From Candidatus Obscuribacteraceae bacterium (GTDB lineage Bacteria; Cyanobacteriota; Vampirovibrionia; Obscuribacterales; Obscuribacteraceae): 64,000 nt of DNA. Positions 41,767-51,774 of this stretch are shown here, one piece after another. The first letter of the stretch is position 1. Each line of letters begins with the position of its first letter. The DNA lies in assembly GCA_044226015.1 (NCBI GenBank), contig JBGAHS010000005.1, positions 544,001 to 608,000 on the forward strand, given 5' to 3'. The position numbers and the translations under genes are program-made. The notes under the pieces were generated by a model. The model was not told the origin of the DNA and made no database searches. It saw only the letters and a program-made list of their open reading frames with translations.

Positions 41767-44514
41767 ATGGCGCTCGGTATGGTTGATTGGATTGCTGACA
41801 ATACTCGGAAAAATTCCGCTGGCGACGTAACCCCTGCACAAGCAGTGGAAGCGATGGCTTCGCATCGGCTCAGAGACGAGTCTTCGAAAGAATTGCTTAG
41901 CTCATTGGCTGCAGCAAAGATGGACAAGCCCGTAGCAGCAATTGAGCAAGATCCCCATGCGAAGGGCTACTTGCAAACCGGCATCAATTCCGTCACTTCT
42001 CTGGTGATCAAAGACGAGTCAACTCGTGGAAACTTTAATCACTATGGTGCTGAGTTTATCAAGTCTGCGGCACTTTTCACGGGTGGAAAACTAGGTTTTG
42101 TTAGTACAGCTCTGGCGTACGGGTTAGACCAGGCTCGGGTGGACAGCAGCCTCAGCACTCAGGCTGCAGATTTCGCGCTGGGTGCGGCAAAAGGTTCGAC
42201 GATGAAGGGCATGTTCTCTGTCGTTGGCGCAGGCGGACTGAGTGCTCCGATCAAGGGTGCGCTAATGGGCATGGGCTCTGGCGCAGCTGAGGAAGTGTTC
42301 AAGATTGAAACCTTCGCTGACCCGACATCACTCAACGACAGGCTGCGTCGAAATGCATTTAACCCGCAAGCTGTTGTGATGAATGCTGCGCTATTTACGG
42401 CTGGTGAAGGTCTTTACGCTGGTCTCAATAAATTCGCGTACAACGGCAAATTGGTTGAGAATAAAGTACTCTCCGGTATGGTCATGGGTGGTTCGTTCGG
42501 TTTCGTCAATGGAACTGTCGGTGAAGCCTCTCGTGAAATGGCTGAACACGGAAAAATAGATCCAACAAAGGTCATTGTGAAGGGACTTCTGGAAGGCTCA
42601 GTTTCAGCGGCTGGGGCTGGTGTTGGAACCAAAATTTCAGATCCGATCTTTCAACAAAAGGTCAAAGATAACACTCTTGGAGCATTAGATAATCTTGGGC
42701 TTTTGAGTCGCAGCAAGGAATTCATCGTGACCGATGGGTTCAAAGAACTCAATAAATTCAGCAATAATGAAACTAGAGCAGCGCTAACTACCGTACGCGA
42801 AGTGCGAAATATTTTGGGCTGGGAGAAGGTTGGTCCCGAGAAACATCTCTGGCTGCAGCATAATGACAAAACTGCTGAGTCTATTCCGGTTCCGAAACTG
42901 GCTGACCTCTTAGCTAGTTGCAACCCTGATCGCTTAAAGCCATCTCAGCGTGCGGCAAGTCTATTCTCCTATGCAGATGGACCGGTTTTCCTTGAGCGTG
43001 GTGCTGCAAATCGAATTCGAATTTCGCTTGAGACAGCGCCACAGTGGAAAGGTGCCACTGGTGGCAACCGCATCATGCTTGGCACTCCAGATGCCAAGAT
43101 TAATGCGATGGCGCCACTGTTGATTGGCGACCCGGACAATTTAAACTCTGAGTCCAGCAAAAATGCCTTCGACAACTTTGTCAAAGATTTGAAAGTGGCT
43201 AAGAAAGTTGGAGTTGACGGAATTTCCACCGATGTATGGTGGGGACTAATCGAACCAAAAGAAGGACAGTTCAAGTGGAACTACTATGACAAAGTGAGTT
43301 CAACTATTATCGACAATAAGTTGAAATGGGTGCCAATTCTTTCGTTTCATTCAGCCAAAGCTGGTGGCAACGTTGGAGACAACGTGGACGTCCCCGTACC
43401 TTTCTGGGCTTGGAACAAAATCTCCAGTCAGATTCCGGGAAGCTCACCTGACGTTGGAATGTACAAGAGTGAACAAGGAAACAGAAGCGATGAATACATT
43501 CAGCTTTGGGCCGACAAATACGCTGTTCCGCTCTACAAGAATGTAATGACTGCTTTTGCAAATCAGTACGCTCCAAAAGCACCGCATATTTCCGAAATCA
43601 ACATTAGCTTGGGACCAGCTGGTGAAGCCCGCTATCCTTCTTATAATCACCATGATAACAACGTGGCTTACCCAAGTCGTGGCTCATTGCAAGCGTATTC
43701 CGATTTGGCTAAGGAAGATTTCAAATTCTACGTGCTCGGAAAATATGGCAATTGGGCCGGTGTAGAAAAGGCATGGGGCGGAAAGGTAGTAAACATCGAA
43801 CCGCCAGTGAATGTAGATGCATTTTTCAATGACAAAATTCACACCAATACGATGTACGGAAAGGACTTCTTCGATTGGTACAACCAGTCGCTCATCAAAC
43901 ACATTCACAATGTGATGGGGTCAGCGTTTGAAGTCTACAACAACAATGGACCATGGCAGAACACCGATATTGGTATGAAGATTCCAGGTATTCACTGGAG
44001 AATTGGAACCAATGCTGGTGGCAACGTTTACCTTTCAGATCGACTGGCAGAACTAACTGCTGGAATGATTCGCACCAGCGGTAACGATTGGGATAGCGAT
44101 GCTCTTGGACATGGTTATCGTCCACTTCTTTCTGGTATCAAAGAACTCACCAGTCTGCCGGGTGGCAACCGCCTTATGCTTCATTTCACCGCGCTGGAAA
44201 TGGCTGATGGACAGGACGGTCACATGAATGCAAAGGCTATGCCCTATACATTGGCAAATTGGGTAGGCGCTGAAGCTAGAGTTCAAGGCTTGCGTTTGAA
44301 AGGTGAAAACGCCCTAGGTGGCATGCTCCAAGATTCTGCCTCTTGGGACAGAATGGCGTCGCATTTAAGTTTACCTGGACAAGATGGCTACTATCAAGGA
44401 CTGACTCTCTTGAGACTTAACGACTCTCTTGCAAATAATGCGGCCTATTTGTCCAAACTAATTCAAGCAACCAAGCCGCTTCCATCTGACTCTTCGATGA
44501 AATACAAGAAATAA
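41767..44514 (+). CDS. Beta-amylase (GH14) fused to a ~440-aa N-terminal region including a Gly/Ala-rich hydrophobic domain
   Basis: DVWWGLIE, SFH..GGNVGD, LGPAGEARYPSY, KIPGIHW, FTALEM, GENAL; both catalytic-type Glu residues present. Confidence 0.92.
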   Translation: MALGMVDWIADNTRKNSAGDVTPAQAVEAMASHRLRDESSKELLSSLAAAKMDKPVAAIEQDPHAKGYLQTGINSVTSLVIKDESTRGNFNHYGAEFIKSAALFTGGKLGFVSTALAYGLDQARVDSSLSTQAADFALGAAKGSTMKGMFSVVGAGGLSAPIKGALMGMGSGAAEEVFKIETFADPTSLNDRLRRNAFNPQAVVMNAALFTAGEGLYAGLNKFAYNGKLVENKVLSGMVMGGSFGFVNGTVGEASREMAEHGKIDPTKVIVKGLLEGSVSAAGAGVGTKISDPIFQQKVKDNTLGALDNLGLLSRSKEFIVTDGFKELNKFSNNETRAALTTVREVRNILGWEKVGPEKHLWLQHNDKTAESIPVPKLADLLASCNPDRLKPSQRAASLFSYADGPVFLERGAANRIRISLETAPQWKGATGGNRIMLGTPDAKINAMAPLLIGDPDNLNSESSKNAFDNFVKDLKVAKKVGVDGISTDVWWGLIEPKEGQFKWNYYDKVSSTIIDNKLKWVPILSFHSAKAGGNVGDNVDVPVPFWAWNKISSQIPGSSPDVGMYKSEQGNRSDEYIQLWADKYAVPLYKNVMTAFANQYAPKAPHISEINISLGPAGEARYPSYNHHDNNVAYPSRGSLQAYSDLAKEDFKFYVLGKYGNWAGVEKAWGGKVVNIEPPVNVDAFFNDKIHTNTMYGKDFFDWYNQSLIKHIHNVMGSAFEVYNNNGPWQNTDIGMKIPGIHWRIGTNAGGNVYLSDRLAELTAGMIRTSGNDWDSDALGHGYRPLLSGIKELTSLPGGNRLMLHFTALEMADGQDGHMNAKAMPYTLANWVGAEARVQGLRLKGENALGGMLQDSASWDRMASHLSLPGQDGYYQGLTLLRLNDSLANNAAYLSKLIQATKPLPSDSSMKYKK

Positions 44515-44518
44515 ACTC

Positions 44519-44911
44519 TTAGAAGTAACTTTTGCCTGAGGGCGACTGATTTATCGTGACCACCCTTTGAACCTCTGCGTCATAGACCTTGGAAATAACA
44601 TAAGTTCCGAGAGTGTCCCAGTCGCCGACCTTCCATTTTTGTCCGTTGTTTCGCTTGCGGATCTCCTGGCTCTGAATTAATGCGTGTCCCCAAAAGAGCC
44701 ATTTGCCATTAATATTCTCGACCAGAAACACTCGACAGGGGTCAAGATGAAAGAGGCGAGCATCATCTTTGTGAAAGGAGAAGACTTTTCCTTCAAGTGC
44801 TGAGAAATCGATGCCTTGCTTCGAGTTAGCTGCCAGGTTGAGCACTTCGCATGGAAAGCCCTGTTCTTTAGTCAAACAAAGAGTGTCGTTGATTTCGATA
44901 TTGCTGCCCAT
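44519..44911 (-). CDS. Hypothetical protein
   Basis: 130 aa ORF with AAGGAG RBS and globular composition. Confidence 0.75.
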   Translation of the reverse strand: MGSNIEINDTLCLTKEQGFPCEVLNLAANSKQGIDFSALEGKVFSFHKDDARLFHLDPCRVFLVENINGKWLFWGHALIQSQEIRKRNNGQKWKVGDWDTLGTYVISKVYDAEVQRVVTINQSPSGKSYF

Positions 44912-45024
44912 AATACTCCTTGACTTTATTTTGAGTTTTCAGAGTATTCTAGCGGCATAATGCAATTAGATTTGCATTCTGCCAGAATAGCGCTTTACTG
45001 GGTGCATTTAAGGGCTGTCAAGGA

Positions 45025-47094
45025 ATGAACGCTCATCGAGATGATGAACAGAATCAGAGAAGGTCGAAAGATGATATTGATGCGCGACTGAACGCGGGGC
45101 TTTCCTATGGCGAAGTAAGTTCAGATGAGCAGCAAGAAGAAGCTCCAGTGGCTGCAGGTCCGGCGCCTGAAATTTTAACGATGCGTGAGCGTATGCTCTA
45201 CCCCTGGCTCGCGCCGGCAAAAAAGATTACGGCAGCGAAAATTATTATTCTGGCAAATGTGCTTGTGTTTGTTGCAATGGCAATTCTCAGTGCTGGTAAA
45301 GGTGCCTACAACCCAGGTAGTTTGCTTCTTCTAGATTGGGGCGCAAATTTCGGTCCGCTCACTTTTGGTGGCGAGTACTGGCGCATCGTAACTTGTACTT
45401 TCGTTCATTCGGGCTTCTTGCATATTGCCATGAACATGGCAGTGTTCAACGATATTTCCAGGGTGGTTGAACGACTTATGGGAAGCACCAAGTTTGTAAT
45501 CATGTATTTTGTTGCTGGAATTGGCGGCTCTCTGCTGAGTTCTCTGGTAAATCCTGCTGGTATTAGTGTTGGTGCTTCTGGTGCCGTATTTGGTGTCTAT
45601 GGTGCCCTTCTGGCGTTTGTACAAATGCACCGCGCTGAGATTCCAAAAGAGGTATTCACTGAAACCTGTAAGGGACTTTTCGCTTTCATTATTTTGAATC
45701 TTGTGATGGGATTTGCCAGTGCACACACTGACAATGCTGCGCACATTGGTGGATTGATTTTTGGCTATCTAGCAGGTCTTGCCCTGTTAAATCGTGCCAA
45801 CTTGAATTTTCCGGCGCTCAGGCAATTCACAATCAAGAATGCCATTGGCACCATAGTCTTGATAGGGTTGCTTTTGGGATTCTTCCGAATTGATGAATTA
45901 GGGCTTTTTGATAAGGATGGAGATCTACTTAAAGCAAGGGTTTCTCAACTTTTAGAGAAAGGGAAGTCTGATCAGGCTATCAGTGTTATTGGCGCCTACA
46001 TTGCTAGTCAGCCGAACAATTCAATTGGTTATGCGCAGCGTGCAATGGTGTACTCATCGGTCGATAAAGATCAAGAAGCTGCAGCAGATGTGAATAAAGC
46101 GATTGAAATAAATCCGCGAGATGTGATGGCACTGCTCATCAGAGCCGAGTTATCCGAAAAGCGAATGGACATGGATGCTGCACTAAAGGATGAGGATAGT
46201 GCTGTTCAAATTGACCCCACAAATCCGAAGCCTTATGTGCGTCGAGCCATCACAAATCGGAAATTCAAAAGATATAGAGAAGCAATAGCTGATTGCGACA
46301 GTGCTATGAATCTGGGGATGAAGTCTGCTCCTATGAAACTTTTGAAAGTTAGCATTCTTGAACAATCCGAGCATCTAGACGAAGCATTGGCGTTGCTGAA
46401 CACAATCACTACAGATCAGGAAGATCTACAGGAAGAGCTTTTGACTGAGCGAATTCGTTTGTTGCGCTTCTCAGGTCAATTTGACAAGCTCTTGATGGTT
46501 CTTGATGATGCGATTAGACGTTACCCGCAAAATGCTGATTTCTATGATTTCAAAGGAACTGCGCTAGTTTCACTTGGTAGATTTGATGAAGCCATGAATG
46601 TGTTTGATAGTGGTTTGAAGATCAAACCGCTTTATAGAATTTACAGAGACAAAGGCATTGCTTACTTGTTGATGAACAAGCCTGAGGCATCTATTTCGCA
46701 ATTTGAAAAGTTTGTGCAGACAGCTGATGTGGAGGAAGGTCAGGGCATCTATGGTGTCATTTTTGAAGCGCTGGCACTTGAACGTCTGAACAAGACTCAA
46801 GCAAAAAATGCGTTGCTACAGAAACAGTTGCAAGTGCAGGTGAGAAGATGGCCATATCCATTGCTTCTTTATTTGAATGGGCAGCTCAGTGAAGCTGTGT
46901 TGGTCCGTTCCATCAAAGACCGTGACGAGATGACCGAAGCTCAGGCCTATGTTGGTTTGCGCTGGCTACTAAATGGTCGCCCGCAGGCGGCGGTTCCGCA
47001 TTTTGAGTGGGTGCTGAAAAATGGAAATGTTGAATTCCTTGAGTACGAACTGGCGCGTGAGATCATGCAAGGTAAGACAGCGCTTTTAAAGTAG
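45025..47094 (+). CDS. Rhomboid intramembrane serine protease fused to an NlpI-like TPR domain
   Basis: WR...FVH...HIAMN, VGASGAVFG (Ser), HIGGL (His); TPRs; C-terminal TEAQAY...FLEYELA. Confidence 0.9.
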   Translation: MNAHRDDEQNQRRSKDDIDARLNAGLSYGEVSSDEQQEEAPVAAGPAPEILTMRERMLYPWLAPAKKITAAKIIILANVLVFVAMAILSAGKGAYNPGSLLLLDWGANFGPLTFGGEYWRIVTCTFVHSGFLHIAMNMAVFNDISRVVERLMGSTKFVIMYFVAGIGGSLLSSLVNPAGISVGASGAVFGVYGALLAFVQMHRAEIPKEVFTETCKGLFAFIILNLVMGFASAHTDNAAHIGGLIFGYLAGLALLNRANLNFPALRQFTIKNAIGTIVLIGLLLGFFRIDELGLFDKDGDLLKARVSQLLEKGKSDQAISVIGAYIASQPNNSIGYAQRAMVYSSVDKDQEAAADVNKAIEINPRDVMALLIRAELSEKRMDMDAALKDEDSAVQIDPTNPKPYVRRAITNRKFKRYREAIADCDSAMNLGMKSAPMKLLKVSILEQSEHLDEALALLNTITTDQEDLQEELLTERIRLLRFSGQFDKLLMVLDDAIRRYPQNADFYDFKGTALVSLGRFDEAMNVFDSGLKIKPLYRIYRDKGIAYLLMNKPEASISQFEKFVQTADVEEGQGIYGVIFEALALERLNKTQAKNALLQKQLQVQVRRWPYPLLLYLNGQLSEAVLVRSIKDRDEMTEAQAYVGLRWLLNGRPQAAVPHFEWVLKNGNVEFLEYELAREIMQGKTALLK

Positions 47095-47129
47095 AGTTTG
47101 AATCGCTTAGATTAAACGAGGTGCTTGGT

Positions 47130-48887
47130 CTAACCCTCTGTATCTTGCAGCCGTTTCAGAATTTCGAGGGCGCTCTGGGTGCGCTTATTGATATCCAAAT
47201 GAGTCGTTTCGGCTATTAACTCATCTATTTCATCGCTTAGATTCAGGGTTAGTTCCTTTGGATGTGACTGTGAAATTGGTTCGGGATCTTCTCCCGTAAG
47301 CAAGAAATATAGTGTCGCACCTAGTGCGTAAACGTCGCTGCGCTCGTCTGCATCACCACGAAACTGCTCCGGTGGAATATAGGCGTGTTTTCCTACTACC
47401 GTAGCGGTTTTGCTTGACTCCATGGTTCGGGCAACGTTGAAATCGATTAAGACCAAGTTTCCATCTTTGCCAAGAATGAGGTTCTCTGGAGTGAAATCTC
47501 GATGAACCACTGGTGGTGCTAATTCATGAAGATAGTGAAGAATTGATGCCATCTGTTTTGCATATTCTCTTACTTCAGCCTCAGACAGGGCACCTTTTTC
47601 TTTTACAAGCTTGCGAAGGGAATCTCCTTCAATATAATCTAGAACCAGATAGCCTCTATGTTCATCAGTGAATGAATCGCGCATTTTTACCACGCTGTCG
47701 TTGTTCAATCGTTTAAGCAAATTGACTTCGAGTTCAAATCTTTCGCGCGCTTTCTTTTTTACTTCCTCGTCAACAAAAACAGGGAAAAGTGTTTCTTTCA
47801 AAACTACCTCAACGTTTTCTTGCTGGTCATGCACCAAGTATGCCGTTCCCTGTCCTCCTACGCCCAGGCGACTGAGAATGACGTAACGATCGTCCTTCAA
47901 CTTATCTCCTGGGAATAGAGGCACTAACTGATTTTCCTTGGGCGCATTTGAAAGTGACTTTAGCCACAAATCCGTATGGCTGTCTGCAATGGCTGGTTCC
48001 CACAATTCTAGAAGTTCTGGGTCGATTGAAACCCAGGGACAATTTTCTTTCAGCATCTCAACCAATTGTCCACTGAGATCAGATATGGCTGTTATTTGTA
48101 CAGTCAGAGGACGAAGTGAGCTTGTGCCAAACCCGACCAGCCATTTTTCAGGAAGCATTGTTTCCTGTGGGCGAAACAAGAACACAGAGGAAATGTCTGT
48201 CCATGCTATTTTTCGTCTAACTTGCGAGCGGAATTTCATGTAAATTCCGTCTTTGTGTACCTCTGCATAATTGGCTTGCGTAGTGCTATTCAACCAGGCT
48301 AGCAATGAAGATAAAAGAAGAACTACCGCAATTGGATAGAGCAGTAGCGATAAGCCGATCGTTTGCAGCAATATGGTTGTAGCAATTATCAGAAATAGTG
48401 AAAGAACATTTGCCAGACCGACTACAATCGTGCTGGCTTGTTGCCAGACAAAAGGCACTAACCAGGCAGAGAAAGCGAGAATAACCAGCATGGTCATCTT
48501 TTCTTTATTGCTTGCCGCGGCGAATCGTCCGGAAATATTCTTTGTTTTCCCGACGGCACCTGCACTGATGCGTGCAAGAAACGCTGCTCTGTCCGAACTT
48601 GAATTTTCAATCAGTTGAGGGTTGTTGACCTTAGTTTTTGTGTCATCTTCATCGAGCCACTTACTCATTGTATGTAGCTCGGGCGAAGCGGCTTTGCCAG
48701 ATGTACTGCCAGTAGCTGCAAGAGTGGAAGATTGCTCGTATTCAACTGGCTGGCTCTGAGCATCAGGTTTCACAGCAGAAGTTTCTTGCGCTAAATCTTT
48801 AGTAGAAGAGTATTCTTCTTCGACGACTTCCGACTCCGTGAGTTCGGTAATTTCCGTTTTGTCCTCTTTCAGTCTATCTGAGTGCAT
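47130..48887 (-). CDS. Membrane-anchored Ser/Thr kinase (N-terminal TMs, C-terminal atypical kinase domain)
   Basis: GVGGQG, VLKE, HRDFTPEN, DFN, YIPPEQ. Confidence 0.88.
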   Translation of the reverse strand: MHSDRLKEDKTEITELTESEVVEEEYSSTKDLAQETSAVKPDAQSQPVEYEQSSTLAATGSTSGKAASPELHTMSKWLDEDDTKTKVNNPQLIENSSSDRAAFLARISAGAVGKTKNISGRFAAASNKEKMTMLVILAFSAWLVPFVWQQASTIVVGLANVLSLFLIIATTILLQTIGLSLLLYPIAVVLLLSSLLAWLNSTTQANYAEVHKDGIYMKFRSQVRRKIAWTDISSVFLFRPQETMLPEKWLVGFGTSSLRPLTVQITAISDLSGQLVEMLKENCPWVSIDPELLELWEPAIADSHTDLWLKSLSNAPKENQLVPLFPGDKLKDDRYVILSRLGVGGQGTAYLVHDQQENVEVVLKETLFPVFVDEEVKKKARERFELEVNLLKRLNNDSVVKMRDSFTDEHRGYLVLDYIEGDSLRKLVKEKGALSEAEVREYAKQMASILHYLHELAPPVVHRDFTPENLILGKDGNLVLIDFNVARTMESSKTATVVGKHAYIPPEQFRGDADERSDVYALGATLYFLLTGEDPEPISQSHPKELTLNLSDEIDELIAETTHLDINKRTQSALEILKRLQDTEG

Positions 48888-48888
48888 T

Positions 48889-50310
48889 TTATTTCTCGGC
48901 TCTTGCTAATAAGGCTTCTAATGCCGATTTACACTCTGCTGCGTCAGCAAATCTGTCTTCCTTAGAGAGTTGTGTTAGCCTCTCTACTATCTGGTCCATA
49001 GTTTCGCTAACTTTCTCAGATAGTGCTCGTGGCTGACTAGCAGCAAGCGGTACAGGGTCTTTCCCTGTGAGCAAATAATGCAGTGTCCCGCCCAGCGAAT
49101 AGAGATCGCTTTGAATTGAAGCTTTCCCTCTTAACTGCTCAGGAGCCATATAAGCATGTTTTCCCACGAGAGTTCCTGTTGCTGTATGCAAAAACTCGTT
49201 GGCAGCGCCGAAATCGATCATCACAATTTTGCCGGCATCGCTGATTATCAAATTCTCTGGCGTAAGGTCTCTGTGAATCACTGCGGGCGATTGTGAATGA
49301 AGGTACTGCAAAATTTCCGCTATTTGAATACCTATCTGAATAACCTTCGACTCAGGCTGCGGTCCTCGTTCTACAACATATTGCCTCAAATCCTCCCCGT
49401 GCACATACTCGAGCAAAAGGTAATGTCCACGTTCTACAAAATGGTCTTTGACTTTCGCGATTTGAGGATGATTCAAGCTTACTAGAATTTTCGCTTCGCG
49501 CTGAAATTGTTCCTCAGCTTTCTGTTTTAGTTCTGAGTCCACATCTGCTGGAAGAACTGATTCCTTCAAGATCGCAAGGTCTTTTTTATTGATTTGAACC
49601 AGATATATTGCAGAAAGCCCACCAAAACCTAGCTGCCGCAGCACTTTGATTTCGCCATCTTGCAATGTGCTTCCTGGTGCTAGAGGAATGAAAGTTGTTG
49701 AAGCGTAACGGTAACGTAGCTCGTCTTCCCAGAGGTTTGTGTAACTCTTTTTGCCTTCGATGCGAAGTTCAGATTTGAGGGACTTTTTGATTTCGTCGAG
49801 TTCTTCAATACCGTTTGCGGTATTGGCGAATGTCTCAATTCCCATCAGAATTTGTTCGACTTCCTCTGATTTAAATATGCCGAGTGGAAGTGTTACGTGA
49901 CCACCTGAGCGGTATGTCATGCGCAACTTTTTCTTTTTGAGAGGGGCGTCTTTCCTGCCCAGGATGCGAACTGTGTCGAGGTCATACCACGAGCGATTGC
50001 GTCTGCCGAGCAGTGTCATTGAACACAAGAATGGAAAAACTAGACCCTGTCGACTAAGTACGAGTATTTCTCTCTTAAGCATCACCGCGCCGTAGGAAAA
50101 TACAACGAATGCCGCAAAGCAAGCGGTGCCGAAAGCTTGAGCAGCGGCTAGAGACTTTATCGCAGAGGGAACTCCTTGATGGGCAAAGAAGAAAATCAGC
50201 AGGCAAATAATGGGCATTAATAGCCAGAAGGGAGAACTCAGAATCAGCGCCCATGTCAGAGTTCTAGTCAAGGCTGTTTTGTATTTGACTCTGACCTCGA
50301 GGGTTGCCAT
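48889..50310 (-). CDS. Membrane-anchored Ser/Thr kinase (N-terminal TMs, C-terminal kinase domain)
   Basis: GFGGLS, ILKE, HRDLTPEN, DFG, YMAPEQ; start probably ATG 50310. Confidence 0.88.
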   Translation of the reverse strand: MATLEVRVKYKTALTRTLTWALILSSPFWLLMPIICLLIFFFAHQGVPSAIKSLAAAQAFGTACFAAFVVFSYGAVMLKREILVLSRQGLVFPFLCSMTLLGRRNRSWYDLDTVRILGRKDAPLKKKKLRMTYRSGGHVTLPLGIFKSEEVEQILMGIETFANTANGIEELDEIKKSLKSELRIEGKKSYTNLWEDELRYRYASTTFIPLAPGSTLQDGEIKVLRQLGFGGLSAIYLVQINKKDLAILKESVLPADVDSELKQKAEEQFQREAKILVSLNHPQIAKVKDHFVERGHYLLLEYVHGEDLRQYVVERGPQPESKVIQIGIQIAEILQYLHSQSPAVIHRDLTPENLIISDAGKIVMIDFGAANEFLHTATGTLVGKHAYMAPEQLRGKASIQSDLYSLGGTLHYLLTGKDPVPLAASQPRALSEKVSETMDQIVERLTQLSKEDRFADAAECKSALEALLARAEK

Positions 50311-50436
50311 GCAGGCTCCGTCTGGATTGCGGGTTGTCAATTAACGCTAACGACAAAAAGCAGCGTCGCTGGAATAAATGTACCCGATTACTGCTAAACT
50401 AACGGGATTCTTGACTTTGGGTTTTCTGGAGGGTGA

Positions 50437-51774
50437 GTGAAGAGACCGCTCAGTTTTTGGCAAATCTGGAACATGAATTTCGGGTTTCTCGGAATTCAGT
50501 TTGGCTGGGGATTGCAACTTGCCAACATGAGTGCAATCTACACGAAGCTGGGTGCAAATCCGGAAAACATACCCATTCTCTGGCTCGCCGGACCAGTGAC
50601 TGGGCTTCTGGTTCAGCCGATAATTGGCGCCATGAGTGACCGAACCTGGACTAAGCTCGGTAGGCGGCGCCCTTATTTTCTTGTTGGCGCGCTTCTGGCT
50701 AGTACTGCTTTGTTTTTTATGCCCGACTCGCCTGCGTTGTGGTTTGCCGCAACCATGCTATGGATCTTGGATGCAAGCATTAATGTGAGTATGGAGCCCT
50801 TTAGAGCCTTTGTATCTGATAAATTGCCTGCTGCGCAATGCACCAAAGGTTTCATCATGCAGAGTTTTCTCATTGGTATTGGCGCTACTATGGCGAACGC
50901 ATTGCCGCGACTTTTCCGCGAAATGGGAATTAATGGTATCGCTGCAAATGGCGTACCTCTCACCGTCCAATATTCTTTTCGTATTGGCGCCGTTATGTTT
51001 CTTTTGTGTGTGCTTTATACGGTGTTCACCACAGATGAATATCCGCCAGAAAACATGGAAGAGTTTGAGAAGAAGCGAGCTGAGAACCCAGGTTTCGGTG
51101 GTTTGCTGAAGGAGGTATTCGCTGAGATTCCAGATGCTGTGAAAGCGATGCCCACTACAATGAAGCAGCTGGCCTGGGTGCAAATTTTTACCTGGCTCGG
51201 GTTGTTTTGTATGTTCATGTATTTCAATCTTGCTGTCGCGCAGCATGTATTCGGTGCCACTGATTCGAAATCTGAACTCTTTGATCGTGGCGTGGAATGG
51301 GCTGGATGGTGTTTCGCGATTTACAATGTGGTCACTTTCATGGTGGCATTTGTTTTGCCCAAAATTGCACAAGCAATAGGGCGGAAAATGGTTCATAGCA
51401 TCGCACTGACGTTGGGCGGTCTCAGCCTTCTTTCCATCTACTTTATTCACGATAAGGACATTTTGACTCTGACCATGATCGGAGTTGGAATTGCATGGGC
51501 ATCTATTTTAGCTGTGCCCTATGCGATTTTATCTGGCGCTGTACCAGCTCAGCGAACAGGAATCTACATGGGAGTCTTCAATTTCTTTATTGTTATTCCA
51601 GAAATCATAGCGTCGCTGACTTTCAAGCCGCTTGTTGGCTCGGTGTTCCACAACAATCCTCTGTATGTCGTGATGATGGGTGGAGCTTCAATGTTGGTGG
51701 CAGCTCTCCTGGTCGCTTTTGTTGACGATAAAGAAGGGAAAGCCGGCATGAGCACCGCCGGTGGTGGTCATTAA
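50437..51774 (+). CDS. MFS/GPH sugar transporter (maltose/sucrose permease-like)
   Basis: QIWNMNFGFLGIQFGW, QPIIGAMSDRTW..LGRRRPY, GIYMGVFNFFIVIP. Confidence 0.9.
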   Translation: MKRPLSFWQIWNMNFGFLGIQFGWGLQLANMSAIYTKLGANPENIPILWLAGPVTGLLVQPIIGAMSDRTWTKLGRRRPYFLVGALLASTALFFMPDSPALWFAATMLWILDASINVSMEPFRAFVSDKLPAAQCTKGFIMQSFLIGIGATMANALPRLFREMGINGIAANGVPLTVQYSFRIGAVMFLLCVLYTVFTTDEYPPENMEEFEKKRAENPGFGGLLKEVFAEIPDAVKAMPTTMKQLAWVQIFTWLGLFCMFMYFNLAVAQHVFGATDSKSELFDRGVEWAGWCFAIYNVVTFMVAFVLPKIAQAIGRKMVHSIALTLGGLSLLSIYFIHDKDILTLTMIGVGIAWASILAVPYAILSGAVPAQRTGIYMGVFNFFIVIPEIIASLTFKPLVGSVFHNNPLYVVMMGGASMLVAALLVAFVDDKEGKAGMSTAGGGH

